From the NCBI GenBank assembly GCA_965226885.1, contig CBDDEL010000014.1, positions 480,001 through 544,000 of the forward strand: 64,000 nt of DNA, in the 5' to 3' direction. The notes under the pieces are model-generated. The model made no database searches. It had not been told where the DNA came from and saw only the letters and a program-made list of their open reading frames with translations. A program made the translations under genes and the position numbers. This stretch comes from Opitutales bacterium (GTDB lineage: Bacteria > Verrucomicrobiota > Verrucomicrobiia > Opitutales > UBA2987). Positions within the stretch are counted from its first letter, which is position 1. Each line of letters starts with the position of its first letter. Below, piece after piece: positions 39,235 through 50,099 of this stretch.

Positions 39235-41289
39235 ATGAACGATGAACCACAGGAGGAGACGACGGTCGAAGAGAATTTCGGCGAAGGGGAAAAATTGGCC
39301 GCATCCAGACAAGTTGATTTAAGCGGGTTGCAGGATTTTTCCATTGGCCCGAGCTGGGGGGACCCCAATTACAACGAGCCATCCCAAAAACAGGCTCAAT
39401 TGCATCCTGCCAGGGAACGGCGCAAATCTCCCTCGGGGCGTTCGCCTGGCCGCAGCCGGGAAAGGCCAAGGCCAAACAGGCGTCCGGTGGACCGGCGGGA
39501 AGGCAGGCGTCCGGTGGACCGGCGGGAAGGCCACAGGGAAGATCGAAGAGCTGGCCATGGCCAGCGTTTTGAGTCCAGGCCACCGTTCAAGCCGATCGTG
39601 GAGGTTGATTTTTATCCCGAGGATGCTCCATTTCGAGCGCTTAGCCAGGCCATGCGCCATTCCTGCCGCACCTATGAATTGTTCGAACTGGCCCATTTGA
39701 TTCTGGAGAAACCGGAGCGGATGGTGGCGATGATATCGCCTCTTGCCGATACTTCTGCAGGACCCCGTGAATTTTATATTTCTGTCCCCGATGACCTTCC
39801 TTTCGAATCGGAAGAGGAAGCAGTTAATCATGTCATGAGTGCCTATCTGGACCATTTCTTCGATCTGGAAACGGTCGAAGTCGATCCCCCCAAAGGTGTA
39901 TTCAAGAGTGTAAACCGCTGCACCATTACCAGTGAGCTGCTCGGACCGCCCAATTATCATCGCTACAGCCAGATCGAACAGACTCATCACGCCACCCGCC
40001 TCTCCAAGATGAGCATGGAGAAGTTCCGATCCAAAATCGAAGCTGTGACCGATCCTGAAATCATCGAGCAATGGCTGCAGAAAATGCGGACTCAAACCCG
40101 CTACGTCCTCAAAATAAAGCCAGGGGAGGGGGATGATAGCCCGCCACCATCATTTGAAACTCAGGAAAGCGCCCGGCGCTATTTGCTGACGTATGATAAG
40201 AAAAAAATCGTTACGGTTTCCCCCACCGCTCGATTTTCGGGGAAACTGCTGTCAACCCTTTCACCGAGCAGTGGAATCCGGCGGTCGGTGGAAATCAATC
40301 TGGAGGGGCAGCGCCGTTTTCCACTCGTTACGGCCAATCACCTGCGGGGCCGTCTGCGGAGACTGCATTTTTCGGTCTATAAAAAAGGGTCCAAGGGGGT
40401 TTCCTTGGTTTGTGTCGTAAAGCGGAAATTTCGCTCCGCCGCTGTGACTTTTGCCGATCCGGTGCTGGAGTTAATCGAATTCATCGAAAAGCGGCCAGGG
40501 CTTCATGTGTCCAAGCTGGCGGAAGAATTTTTGGAGCTAACCGTTGAGGCAAAAGATACCGAACCGGCAAAAAAATCGACGACCAAAAAGTCAGCTACTA
40601 AGAAAAACCAGGCTGCCGAATCGAAGGAAAAACCCGCTAAAATAATCACCAAAGATAATCCGAAATTCCTTGAGATGGGGCAAAATCTGCGCTGGCTGAT
40701 TTCCGAAGGCTATGTGGTGGAATACTCCGACGGAAAACTCTTCGCCCCTCCGCCCCGATCTCCATCCCGGGAGCGAATTAAAAATGAGCCGCCATCCGTA
40801 GCCGTAGCCGGGATTTCAGACAAAATTGACAAACCGTCCAAAAAATCGGAAGGCAAGGCGCTACCGGTGGATCCGGTCCCCGAATCATCGGAAACGGAAG
40901 AAATAGTTTCCTCCATTTCTGAGGCTGATCCGGAAAATGCGGAGAAAATCGTTCCAATTGAGGAACCCCCAACCGAAGTTGAGCCGCCGCCGGAAACTCC
41001 GGTCGAAGAGGCAAATTCGGGATCCACAGAGGCGCCCGAGGCAATTGAGGAGGATAGGCCGGTAATCGAATCCGAAGGGGAATCCTTGGCCAGCTCCCCG
41101 CCATCAAAAACGGAAACAGAAACAAAGGCTGAGGCTGGTTCTTCGGAGCCGGAACCGAATAAAGAGCTCAATGAATCGAACGTGGAGGCAGAACCTGCAG
41201 AGGATCTACCGGAACTTTCCAGCGCCGACTCGGAACTCCTAGAGAAAAAGGAATCGGATCCGGAATCAACACAGACAAATACTAATTAG
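39235..41289 (+). CDS. Hypothetical protein with Arg-rich N-region, globular core and acidic disordered tail
   Basis: 684-aa ORF; 27-bp in-frame duplication (RRPVDRREG x2). Confidence 0.75.
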   Translation: MNDEPQEETTVEENFGEGEKLAASRQVDLSGLQDFSIGPSWGDPNYNEPSQKQAQLHPARERRKSPSGRSPGRSRERPRPNRRPVDRREGRRPVDRREGHREDRRAGHGQRFESRPPFKPIVEVDFYPEDAPFRALSQAMRHSCRTYELFELAHLILEKPERMVAMISPLADTSAGPREFYISVPDDLPFESEEEAVNHVMSAYLDHFFDLETVEVDPPKGVFKSVNRCTITSELLGPPNYHRYSQIEQTHHATRLSKMSMEKFRSKIEAVTDPEIIEQWLQKMRTQTRYVLKIKPGEGDDSPPPSFETQESARRYLLTYDKKKIVTVSPTARFSGKLLSTLSPSSGIRRSVEINLEGQRRFPLVTANHLRGRLRRLHFSVYKKGSKGVSLVCVVKRKFRSAAVTFADPVLELIEFIEKRPGLHVSKLAEEFLELTVEAKDTEPAKKSTTKKSATKKNQAAESKEKPAKIITKDNPKFLEMGQNLRWLISEGYVVEYSDGKLFAPPPRSPSRERIKNEPPSVAVAGISDKIDKPSKKSEGKALPVDPVPESSETEEIVSSISEADPENAEKIVPIEEPPTEVEPPPETPVEEANSGSTEAPEAIEEDRPVIESEGESLASSPPSKTETETKAEAGSSEPEPNKELNESNVEAEPAEDLPELSSADSELLEKKESDPESTQTNTN

Positions 41290-42116
41290 TCCTTTCTGAG
41301 AGCGGTAAGTCCTCAGTCAGAAAAAACACCGACGACTTCTATTGGTTGCCCTATGGGGAAGTAATTTTGGAATTCATCATAGAAATGGGTCGCCAAAATG
41401 TTTTTTGTTCAAAAACCACGTAAAAATCTCATGGATAATGACTAAGCATCGAATAATGAGGAGATGGCTATAAAATTAGGGATTTTTCGCATTATCTTCT
41501 TGCCATGATAACGGCGGTGTGTTCTGATATGGCTCAATTACCGATTCCCAATTACCGATTCCCAAATGCACAGAACGCGCACCAAACCGACAGGAACTCG
41601 TTCAAGGCTAACGCTTTACGATTTTAAAGTCTTCTATTGCGCACACCAAATGAAACGACCTTGCACGGATAAATATGGCCGGCGTTTTACCTTTATGCAT
41701 TCAATTTCTCATCAAAACACAAGCTCAGATCTCAACAATAGGAAAATACTGACAAATGCAAAAATCCATATCGCTCAATAACGCCCTCACCTATATATGC
41801 ACAACCACACTCGTCGGTTCGCTCCTGATCTTTTCTGCACAAGCGAACCTTTTAGGACAGCAACAGGATAACCCCCCTCCTCCTGATAATTATTATGTTC
41901 CTCCCCCGCCCCCACAGGGTAAAGTTATTCCGCCAACGCCAGCCACTCCGACCGATATTCCGACACAAGAGGAACTCAATGAAGCCTACCGGCGAGGCCA
42001 GGAGAACAAAGCCGCAGAAAAACTAGCTGCTGCTGAAAGAGCAAAGGCAAAGGCTTCTACTCGCAGACTCCGTAAATAGAGCGTTTTTGATAGTCGCTTT
42101 AATGAGGCAATACTTA

Positions 42117-43248
42117 TACCAAATCTCATTAGGTATGATAATAAGTTATTTGGCAGAAGCGTTTGCTTGAATGTGCTGCCAGCCTCTGCCAACTAAAGAG
42201 AGGACTTTTTCAGTGTCCTCCCACCAGTCTTTGAGATGGGTTGCGACGACTTCTTCGAGTCGCTCAATGCTCGGCCACAGTTTGTTGGCCGTTTGATCCT
42301 GTATCATATCCCAAAGTCTTTCAATCGGGTTGAGTTCAGGACTATACGGCGGCAAATTCACGATATGTATGCCCGGGGAGACGTTGGGGTGCTCCGAGTC
42401 GTGCGGATGGAAGCCTGCCCCGTCCCATACAACCACATGTTCCTCCTCAGGATATTGCTTTTTGATCTGTTGGAGGAAAGCCTCCGTCCACTGTAGATTC
42501 GTGCTAGGGGTTTGGATGCATACCATCTCGCCGTTGACCACGTCGAGGGCTCCGTAACAGTAGCTCCACTGGTATCTTGTCTGATATTTTTTGTGCGGCC
42601 GAAGCCCTCTTTGCGTCCAGCACCGGCGGTACACCGGAAGCAAACCAAAACGGCTTTCATCGGCAAACCACACCCGAACCCGATTGCCTCGGGTGAGGGA
42701 AAGCTCCTGGAGGATCTTAAAAAAGTCTCGCTTGAACGCTTCCGCTTTTGCCGAGTCCCGTTTCTCATGCACGGGGCGAGGGACTCGAAGCACCCCGGCG
42801 CATTTTTTTAGCCATCGCCACACCGTCTTGTAGGCGAAGGAGCGCCCGAAATGTCGCTCCAGCTCTTGCCCCGCCTGAACGGCTGTGTTCCAGCGCGCGA
42901 CCTTCAAACCATTGAGCAAGAAGGCCTCCACCTCTTTGTCGCAACGGCTTTTGATCCCGCCTTTGTAGGCGCGTGTAAGCACCGCCCCGAGCCCTGCAGC
43001 ACGATATTTGTCAAACCAACGCTGGATCGTCGCTTTGCCTCGGCCCACGATGGCTCCAATTTCATCAATGCTGTGGTGCGGCTGGAAGCCCATTTTTAAT
43101 GCCACCAAACGCTCTTTACGCCAGCCGACAGCCTCTTTGTTGAGCAATTTCTTGATACGTTCACGGTCTTCATCGGTTCCCATATATCTTCTCATTCCGC
43201 CTTTATAGCTGTTTTTTAATCTTTATCAATCCTTTTGCGATTTGGTAT
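42117..43248 (-). mobile_element. IS630-family element
   Basis: TIR TACCAAATC / GATTTGGTA; TA (or TTA) duplication. Confidence 0.88.
42146..43195 (-). CDS. IS630-family transposase, single ORF
   Basis: HTH N-terminus, WFADESRFG, VWDGAGFH, LPPYSPELNPIERLW. Confidence 0.93.
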   Translation of the reverse strand: MRRYMGTDEDRERIKKLLNKEAVGWRKERLVALKMGFQPHHSIDEIGAIVGRGKATIQRWFDKYRAAGLGAVLTRAYKGGIKSRCDKEVEAFLLNGLKVARWNTAVQAGQELERHFGRSFAYKTVWRWLKKCAGVLRVPRPVHEKRDSAKAEAFKRDFFKILQELSLTRGNRVRVWFADESRFGLLPVYRRCWTQRGLRPHKKYQTRYQWSYCYGALDVVNGEMVCIQTPSTNLQWTEAFLQQIKKQYPEEEHVVVWDGAGFHPHDSEHPNVSPGIHIVNLPPYSPELNPIERLWDMIQDQTANKLWPSIERLEEVVATHLKDWWEDTEKVLSLVGRGWQHIQANASAK

Positions 43249-43888
43249 TATTCATGATTCATACACATCCACTAATAAACCCGACGAATTTATTCGTAAA
43301 AAAATCCTCGAACGTGGTGGAAAGAAGCCACATGCACTCATTCAATCTGTGGTTTGGCGCGATCCAAAAAGCGGAGAGGAATTCATAATTTCCGAAAGGG
43401 CCGTGGTCGGCAACGAAGTTGTCGTTAAAATAAAGCCTGGCGCTTCGCTGCAAGCTCTTGCCGATCATATTGAGGCACAAGGAGGCATTATTTTAGGTAT
43501 TGTGGGCTCCAGAAAAAAACATTGGGTTTCCTTTGAATATATTGGCCCCGACACAATATCTACCGCAATAAGTAAATTACGAAGTAGAAGTGATCTTGTA
43601 GAAGATATGTATCCAAATGATATTACGTTTGCTCATAGTCATATCCCTGGTCACTTGTCGAACGATCGTACATTCAATTCATTATCCGTATTCTATGAAG
43701 AGCAATGGGGCTTGGATAACACAGGGCAGGATGGTGGAACGAGCAATATCGATATAGATGCGGATGAGGCATGGGATATTGTGACAGATGCGATTGATGT
43801 GGATAATGATGACGTGTAAACGCCGGGGAAAAACCGGTACGGTAAAGAGGGCGCTTTAAAACCGGTACGCTTATCCTAGAAAGGAGGA

Positions 43889-45396
43889 GTGTATCGAGAT
43901 ATGAAGCAATGGACAAGAGTGCGGCACAAAGTGCTGCGGGACAAGCAGAGCAAGCGCTCTGTAATGCGAGAAGAGGGACTGCACTGGGAGACCCTGGGAA
44001 AGATGCTGGCCTATTCCCAGCCGCCGGGAGACCGGCGCAAGAAGAGGCGAGAGCGCAAGATCGATCCGTATGTGGGCTGGATCGAGGAGGTGCTCAAAGC
44101 GGACCGGAACGTGCCCAAGAAGCAGCGCCATACGGCCAAACGGATCTACCAGCGTTTGGGTCGGGAGAAGGGCTACCAAGGGGGCTACACGGCGGTCAAG
44201 GAGGTGGTGGCCGAGCTGCGAGCGAGGCGGCGGGAAGTGTTCGTGCCGCTGGAGCACCGCCCCGGGGAGGGACAGGTGGACTTCGGTCATGCCCTGGTGA
44301 AGGAGGCGGGGCAATTGCGTAGGCGGCCATTTTTTGCCATGAGCCTGCCCTACAGCGATGCCTTTTTCGTGCAGGTGTTCGAACGGGAGTGCACGGAGAG
44401 CTTCTGGGAGGGGCACCTGCGAGCTTTTGAGTTTTTCGGGGCGGTGCCCCGGCGCATCAGCTATGACAACTCGAAGGTGGCGGTGGGTAAGATTATCGGT
44501 TCGCGTGAACGCAAGCTGACCGACGGGTTTCTGCAGCTACAGAGCCATTACCTGTTCGAGGAACACTTCTGTCTGCCCGCCCGGCCCAACGAGAAGGGCG
44601 TGGTCGAGGGGATCGTGCGTTATGCCCGGGCCAACTTCCTGGTACCGGTACCGCAGGTTCGGGACCTGGAGGAACTCAACGCAAAGCTGTTGGAGGCATG
44701 TGAGCGGGACATGGAGCGTAAATTACGCGGGAAAAGGGCGGTGAAAAAGGAACTGCTGGCCGAGGAGCGCGCCGTCATGCTGGCGTTGCCGCCCATACCC
44801 TTTGAAGCGAGCCGCAAACGCTCGACCTGCGTCAGCAGCCTCTCGCTGGTGCGCTTCGAGTGCAACGACTATTCGGTGCCGGTGCGCTGCGCCCACCATC
44901 CGGTGGTGGTGGAAGGGTCCTGTCGGCAGGTGGTGATCTTCTGTGGGGGCCAAGAGGTGGCCCGGCACCGCCGCATTTGGGATAAAGAGCAAGTCTCTTT
45001 CGAGCCGGTGCACTACCTGGCTTTGCTGGAGAAAAAACCGGGCGCTTTGGACTTCGCCCGCCCACTCTCGGGCTGGCAGTTGCCGCAGTGCCTGCAGGTC
45101 CTCAGACGCCGGCTCGAAAGCCAATGCGGGGGCGAAGGCACCCGGGAGTATATCCGGGTGCTGCGGCTGTTGGAGAAACACCCCATGGCGGCCTTGCAGC
45201 AGGCCGTCGTCTCGGCCCTGCGGGTGGGGGGGGACTGACTCGTGAGGCCATCGCCCAGTATCTCTATCCTCAGGAAGACTACGGGAGCAGAACCTTCCGG
45301 CTGGACGGCCATCCACACCTGCGTCACGTCCGTGTGGCCGCCCCTGACCTCGGTGCCTACAGCGAACTGCTCAAGATTCCAGGAGGGGCTTTATGA
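43889..45396 (+). pseudogene. istA: IS21 transposase with a +2 frameshift in a G run (45226-45233)
   Basis: G8 versus G6 in copy 1 gives an early stop at 45238. Confidence 0.85.
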
Positions 45397-46160
45397 AGGA
45401 AGAAAAAAACCAGCTGCTGTTACACCATCACCTCAAGAAACTGAAGTTGCCCACCATCCTGCGCGAATGGCCGGCGGTGGCCGCGGCTTGTTCCCGGGAC
45501 CGGCTCGATTACGCCGCCTTTTTGTTGCATCTGGTCGAACGGGAGCTCATTGAACGCGAACAGCGGGCCGCCCAGCGGCGGATCAAAAACGCCCGTTTCC
45601 CCGTGCTCAAGACCCTCGAGAGCTTCGCCTTTGAAGCGCAGCCCTCGATCAACGAAGCGCTCATCCGAGAGCTCATGCGCGGGGAGTATGTCGACCAGCG
45701 CGAAAACGTGCTGCTCCTCGGTAACGCCGGTACCGGTAAAACGCACCTGGCCACCGCCCTGGGCTTTGCCGCCTGTGCCCAGGGCCGGCGGATCCGTTTC
45801 TTCGGGGTCACCGCCCTGGTTACCCATATGCTCGAGCAACGCGACAACCACGACCTGCAGCGCTTCATGAAGCAACTCGAAAGGCTCGACCTACTCATCC
45901 TCGACGAACTCGGTTACGTCCCTTTTTCCAAGACCGGTTCCGAACTGCTCTTCGACGTGGTCAGCCGCGCTTACGAGCGCACCAGTCTCATCGTCACCAC
46001 CAACCTGCCCTTTGAGAACTGGATCGAAGTGCTCGGTTCCGAACGGCTCACCGGAGCTCTGCTGGACCGACTCACCCATCGGGTGCATATCCTCGAAGCC
46101 AACGGGCAAAGCTACCGCTTGCGCGATGCTCGACGCCGTCGCCGTGGCACAAAACAATAA
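45393..46160 (+). CDS. istB: IS21 helper ATPase
   Basis: Same motifs as copy 1. Confidence 0.95.
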   Translation: MKEEKNQLLLHHHLKKLKLPTILREWPAVAAACSRDRLDYAAFLLHLVERELIEREQRAAQRRIKNARFPVLKTLESFAFEAQPSINEALIRELMRGEYVDQRENVLLLGNAGTGKTHLATALGFAACAQGRRIRFFGVTALVTHMLEQRDNHDLQRFMKQLERLDLLILDELGYVPFSKTGSELLFDVVSRAYERTSLIVTTNLPFENWIEVLGSERLTGALLDRLTHRVHILEANGQSYRLRDARRRRRGTKQ

Positions 46161-46551
46161 ACGCCTTGGGCCCGGCTCGTCGGCCTCCGGCCTCCTCACC
46201 GACCCCAAGCCAATCCCCAAAACCAACTCCCAAACCCTAAACCTTGACGTACCTGCAATTACTAACCTAAACCTTATTCCAAGCGTACCGGTTTTACCCC
46301 GACCCCCGTACCGGTTTCATCCCGGCGTTTACAACTTGTGGGCGAGGCTATGATCTTTAATATTCGTTTTGATTCTACTCATAGGGGATGGCCTCCCTTA
46401 CCTCTAGGTCTGCTTCCCAATCGTCCACTGAAACCCGAAGGAAATCCCTGAAATCATTGACCGGTTCCCCTGTGTCGGTGGTCAGTCCTGAAAAGTCATA
46501 AATATCGACCTTTGCACCTCCTTTTTCCAGGGCTTCTACCCAACACTTGGC

Positions 46552-47352
46552 GGTAGTGTATTAAGTAGGAATGGTGGCTAATTCTTGATTATATTGATGA
46601 ATGAAAAGTCTCAGACAGGTTTCATGCATACTCTTAAGCTTGGAAAAGGAGAGGGTTTTGCGTGTGAAACGACCCAGTCGTTGGCGCAGGGTATTGTTCC
46701 ATCGTTCCACATGGGCCGTTTCACCGGTTTCTTTTCCCACGGATCGGTTATGAGGAAAGACTTCATCATAAGTGCTCCAAAAGTCGCTGTAGGTGGCACA
46801 TCTTTTGTAGGCCCGTGGCAGACGCTCGTAAAGTTCCCGGCAACGATACCAATCCCGAGGCCCAATGGCATAGGAGAGGATTTGACGGGTGCGTCGGCAA
46901 AGAGCGATCCAAACCCATTGGGCATCGCTCTTGCGCCCCACAAAAGACCACAGTTCGTCCAGTTCAATGACATCATGGCGGCGGGCCGCAAGAATCGTGC
47001 TTTTGAGCGGTCGCAGCGATTGTCGTTTTTTTTAACCAACTCAAAACGGTGTTGGGACTCACCCCGAAGGCGCGCTGTAAACCGCGTAGACTGCTGCGTT
47101 CCTGATAGACTCGAAGGATCATTTCTTTTTGCTCTTCGGTGTATTTCACTGTGGGGTTTTCGCGGCTTTGTTTACCACAATCATGGCAGCGGTAGCGCTG
47201 TTTATGGTTGGGCGTCTTGCCAAATTTAATGATATTTTCACTTCCACAGTGCCGACAATTAATAATTTTAGTAACCATGCACTAAGAATAAACTGCCTAA
47301 CGCTATTTGTACAGCTAAAAATACAGATAACATTCTTTTTTTATACACTACC
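46552..47352 (-). mobile_element. IS1-family element copy 1 (insA 46973-47278, insB frame 46561-47031)
   Basis: GGTAGTGTA / TACACTACC ends; CxxC..CxxC zinc ribbon; ELDELWSFVG, YSDFW, HVERWNNTLRQRL..RKTLSFSK. Confidence 0.92.
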
Positions 47353-47430
47353 CAATTACTAACCTAAACCTTATTCCAAGCGTACCGGTTTTACCCCGAC
47401 CCCCGTACCGGTTTCATCCCGGCGTTTACA
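47353..47430 (+). mobile_element. Orphan right end of a third IS21 copy
   Basis: Identical to 46256-46333. Confidence 0.9.
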
Positions 47431-47575
47431 CCCAGTCCAATTCGAGGAAAATATTTGCCCCCCATGGGGGGCAACGAGAAAACAAAACCCTTTACCAAAA
47501 CAAGCCGCCTGACACACTAATCAATAAACAATGAATATAAGAGAATCCCGTGTCCAACAAATCCAGTACACGTCA
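47431..47575. mobile_element. Probable IS3-family terminal remnant
   Basis: Reverse complement reads TGACGTGTACTGGATTTGTTGGACAC, an IS3-type TG..TGGACAC end; internal 20-bp palindrome at 47455-47474. Confidence 0.55.
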
Positions 47576-47839
47576 CCTCCGAGTCGATCAGCAGCCGATC
47601 GATTCGATCAATGGTGGCGCGGAAGTTATCGTAATCGAGGCACCGGTCGACCACAGTTAAAGCTGGACGCAGGAGGCATTGGATGGCTATATTTTTCATA
47701 GAAAGGGCTATATTGATTTTCGCTAACTCAATTATAGAACCCTTTTTTGGCCGGATCGAGCAAAAACTTGCTCTTTCCGGCTCTTTTTATCAACGTCATC
47801 CAGTTGACTATAAAATCTTTATATTTTTGGGACAGCCTC
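47576..47839 (-). mobile_element. Truncated IS5/ISNCY-like copy 4 (left end plus about the first 41 codons)
   Basis: Matches the corresponding end of copies 1-3; followed by a TATTTA target. Confidence 0.9.
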
Positions 47840-47840
47840 T

Positions 47841-48059
47841 ATTTATGGATTGGACCCGTTTGACATCTGGCTGTGGACTTCCGATATGGGGTTCTTGTGG
47901 ACGAGCGAAACGGCCTATCCCAAGATGTACCGCCAAAACGACGATTCCTGGATCCAGTATCATCGTGGCCTTTCTGATTGGAGTATTCCCAGGGAAACCG
48001 ATCGGGCCTTTTACAACTTCCGCACCAAGGAGTGGGAATTTCATCCGCCCGTGCGGTGA
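47841..48059 (+). pseudogene. Orphan 3' end of a secreted protein (Trp-rich C-terminal domain)
   Basis: IYGLDPFDIWLWTSDMGFLWTSETAYPKMYR..SWIQY..RAFYNF..EW. Confidence 0.65.
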
Positions 48060-48076
48060 TTTTCTTCTTTTTAACT

Positions 48077-48601
48077 TTAAGGTTTTCTTTTTTCTCGGAC
48101 CTCTTTCCATTGGATACGGTGGCGGTTTTCCCCGATTATGGTGAAATGCAGGTGCAGGCAATTTTGGGGCAGGCGGTTACCCAAATTTTCCGGCCATTCG
48201 ATGGCTAGGAGGTAGGGGGTGACGAGGAAATCTTCTATTAACAGCTCGTCGTATTGGGTCTCATTATCCAGCCGGTAGGCGTCGAGGTGAAGGAGGTTCG
48301 TTTTCCCCTGGCCCCGGTAGAGATAGTAGATATTGTAGGTGGGGCTGGTAATGGTGTCGCTAATGCCCAAGGCACGGGCGAGGCCGCGAACGAAGGTGGT
48401 TTTTCCCGTGCCCAACTCGCCGTAGAGGGCGATTGCGCTGTCCGGCGGCAAGGTTGGGCAGAAGGATGCGGCAACGTCCTCCATTTCCTCGGCCGATCGG
48501 GTGACGATGCCGGCTCTCAGTTTTTCGATTTCCGGCCCATGTTTTTGGGAATACCGAAGAGTGGGTTTACCCCAGCCGGATTCTTGATCTTCTTCACTCA
48601 T
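48077..48601 (-). CDS. tsaE: tRNA threonylcarbamoyladenosine biosynthesis ATPase
   Basis: LYGELGTGKTTFVRG, ITSPTY, HLDAYRL, IEWPE. Confidence 0.95.
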   Translation of the reverse strand: MSEEDQESGWGKPTLRYSQKHGPEIEKLRAGIVTRSAEEMEDVAASFCPTLPPDSAIALYGELGTGKTTFVRGLARALGISDTITSPTYNIYYLYRGQGKTNLLHLDAYRLDNETQYDELLIEDFLVTPYLLAIEWPENLGNRLPQNCLHLHFTIIGENRHRIQWKEVREKRKP

Positions 48602-48649
48602 TACAACGCAATGGGATACGATCGCTTTCTATGGCCTTAAATTGCCTGC

Positions 48650-50092
48650 TTAAAGTTCAGCGGAGCGAAGGACGAGCAACTTTTTGATTTGCATGTCGCT
48701 TATGGTGAAGGGAATCCCACCCACCCCCAGGCCCGATTCTCTGAGTCCGGCAAAGGGCATCCAGTCAACCCGGAAGGCAGTGTGGTCGTTAACCATGACT
48801 GCCGAGGCATCGAGCCGAGAATAGGCTTTCATGGCCAGATCGATGTTTTTGGTGAATACGGAGGCCTGGAAAGCAGTGGGTAGCCCGTTGGCCCGCCCAA
48901 TCGCTTCGTCGATATCGGCGTAGGGATAAATGCACACTACCGGGCCGAATACCTCTATTTGACTAACCGCAGTGCCCGGCGGGGGATCGTAAAGAACCGT
49001 GCAGGCATAACAGGTGTCGCTTATCCGCTCGCCGCCGCAAAGCAGTTCCGCTCCGTTCTCAACGGCTTCCGAGACCCAGGATTCCACCCGATCCACTTCC
49101 CTGGGACGAATCAGCGGACCTACCTCGGTTTCCTCTAAAGTCGGGTCGCCAATCTTCATGGATGCGGCTGTTTTCACCAGCCGATGGGCAACCTCTCTGG
49201 CGATGGATTGGTGGGCAAAGATGCGCTGAACCGATACGCAAACTTGCCCAGCATGGTAAAACCCGCCTTTGGCCAGAAGGGGGATGGCGTCGTCGAGATC
49301 GGCGTCCGCGGCCACTATAGCTGGGGCAACGCCACCGTGTTCGAGAGCGCAACGGGCGCCCGGAGCCAGTTTCGAGCGCAGCATCCAGCCCACTTTGGCG
49401 CTCCCGATGAAGGAAAAAAAGGCCACTCGCGAATCCGTCACCAACTGGGTGGCGGCCCCCAAGTCATCCGTCACGAACACCTGGCACCATTCATCCGGCA
49501 ATCCCGCTTCCCGCAAAATTTCCACAAACCTGATGCAGGAAAGAGGTGTGTCCTCGGCCGGTTTTACAATTACAGGGCAGCCCACTGCCACCGCCGGGCC
49601 CACTTGGTGCACAATCAAATTAGGCGGGTGGTTGAAGGCGCTGACCGCTACCACTACCCCGATTGGCTCATGCCTTGTTACGGCCAGGCGATGGGCTGAT
49701 GCTGCGTTCAACCGCATGGGGACTTCTTCGCCCGATTGGGTGCGCAAAAATTCAATGCATTCCTTAACACCATCGATGGCCCGGACCACTTCCACCCTGG
49801 AGTCGATGAGGGGCTTGCCTCCCTCACGGGCTGCCTGCAGGGCGAGGGATTCCGACTCGTTTTGCATGATGCGGGCCGTTTTTTCCAGTATTTCAATGCG
49901 TTGGGGCATGCTCAGCCAGGTATTCTTTTTCCGAAATAAATGATGGGCCGTTTCCAGGGCCAACTTGACGGCCTCACCACGCCCGGTTTCCACCTCTGCA
50001 ATGGCGGAACCGTCGAAGGGGGCGCTCACGACCAGGTTTTGGCCTTCGGGTTTCGCCCCGGGGATCATTAAGGGAAGGGTTTTCATGGTCAT
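48650..50092 (-). CDS. Aldehyde dehydrogenase family protein
   Basis: EPIGVV..SAFNHP, VKPA, FIGSAKVG, LEHGG, AGQVCVSVQR, EVFGP, MPFAG. Confidence 0.92.
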   Translation of the reverse strand: MTMKTLPLMIPGAKPEGQNLVVSAPFDGSAIAEVETGRGEAVKLALETAHHLFRKKNTWLSMPQRIEILEKTARIMQNESESLALQAAREGGKPLIDSRVEVVRAIDGVKECIEFLRTQSGEEVPMRLNAASAHRLAVTRHEPIGVVVAVSAFNHPPNLIVHQVGPAVAVGCPVIVKPAEDTPLSCIRFVEILREAGLPDEWCQVFVTDDLGAATQLVTDSRVAFFSFIGSAKVGWMLRSKLAPGARCALEHGGVAPAIVAADADLDDAIPLLAKGGFYHAGQVCVSVQRIFAHQSIAREVAHRLVKTAASMKIGDPTLEETEVGPLIRPREVDRVESWVSEAVENGAELLCGGERISDTCYACTVLYDPPPGTAVSQIEVFGPVVCIYPYADIDEAIGRANGLPTAFQASVFTKNIDLAMKAYSRLDASAVMVNDHTAFRVDWMPFAGLRESGLGVGGIPFTISDMQIKKLLVLRSAEL

Positions 50093-50099
50093 TCCGATA

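Larger units (their letters stand above)
41756..43814 (+). pseudogene. S8 (subtilisin-like) protease, 5' part, broken by TAG 42077, IS630 and IS21
   Basis: Signal peptide, propeptide, QWGLDNTGQDGGTSNIDIDADEAWD; removing the IS630 rejoins the frame (NEAIL-IHDSY). Confidence 0.8.
43815..46333 (+). mobile_element. IS21-family element copy 2
   Basis: Inverted, near-identical copy of 36078-38629; no TSD. Confidence 0.92.

Noticed and set aside
42077..42079. Programmed amber read-through or recoding in the S8 gene
   Set aside because: The gene is also IS-disrupted and TAG ends normal genes here; a nonsense mutation is simpler
36078..46333. Composite transposon or simple inversion bounded by the inverted IS21 pair
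   Set aside because: No matching direct or reciprocal TSDs; the enclosed DNA includes a tRNA and a core-like gene
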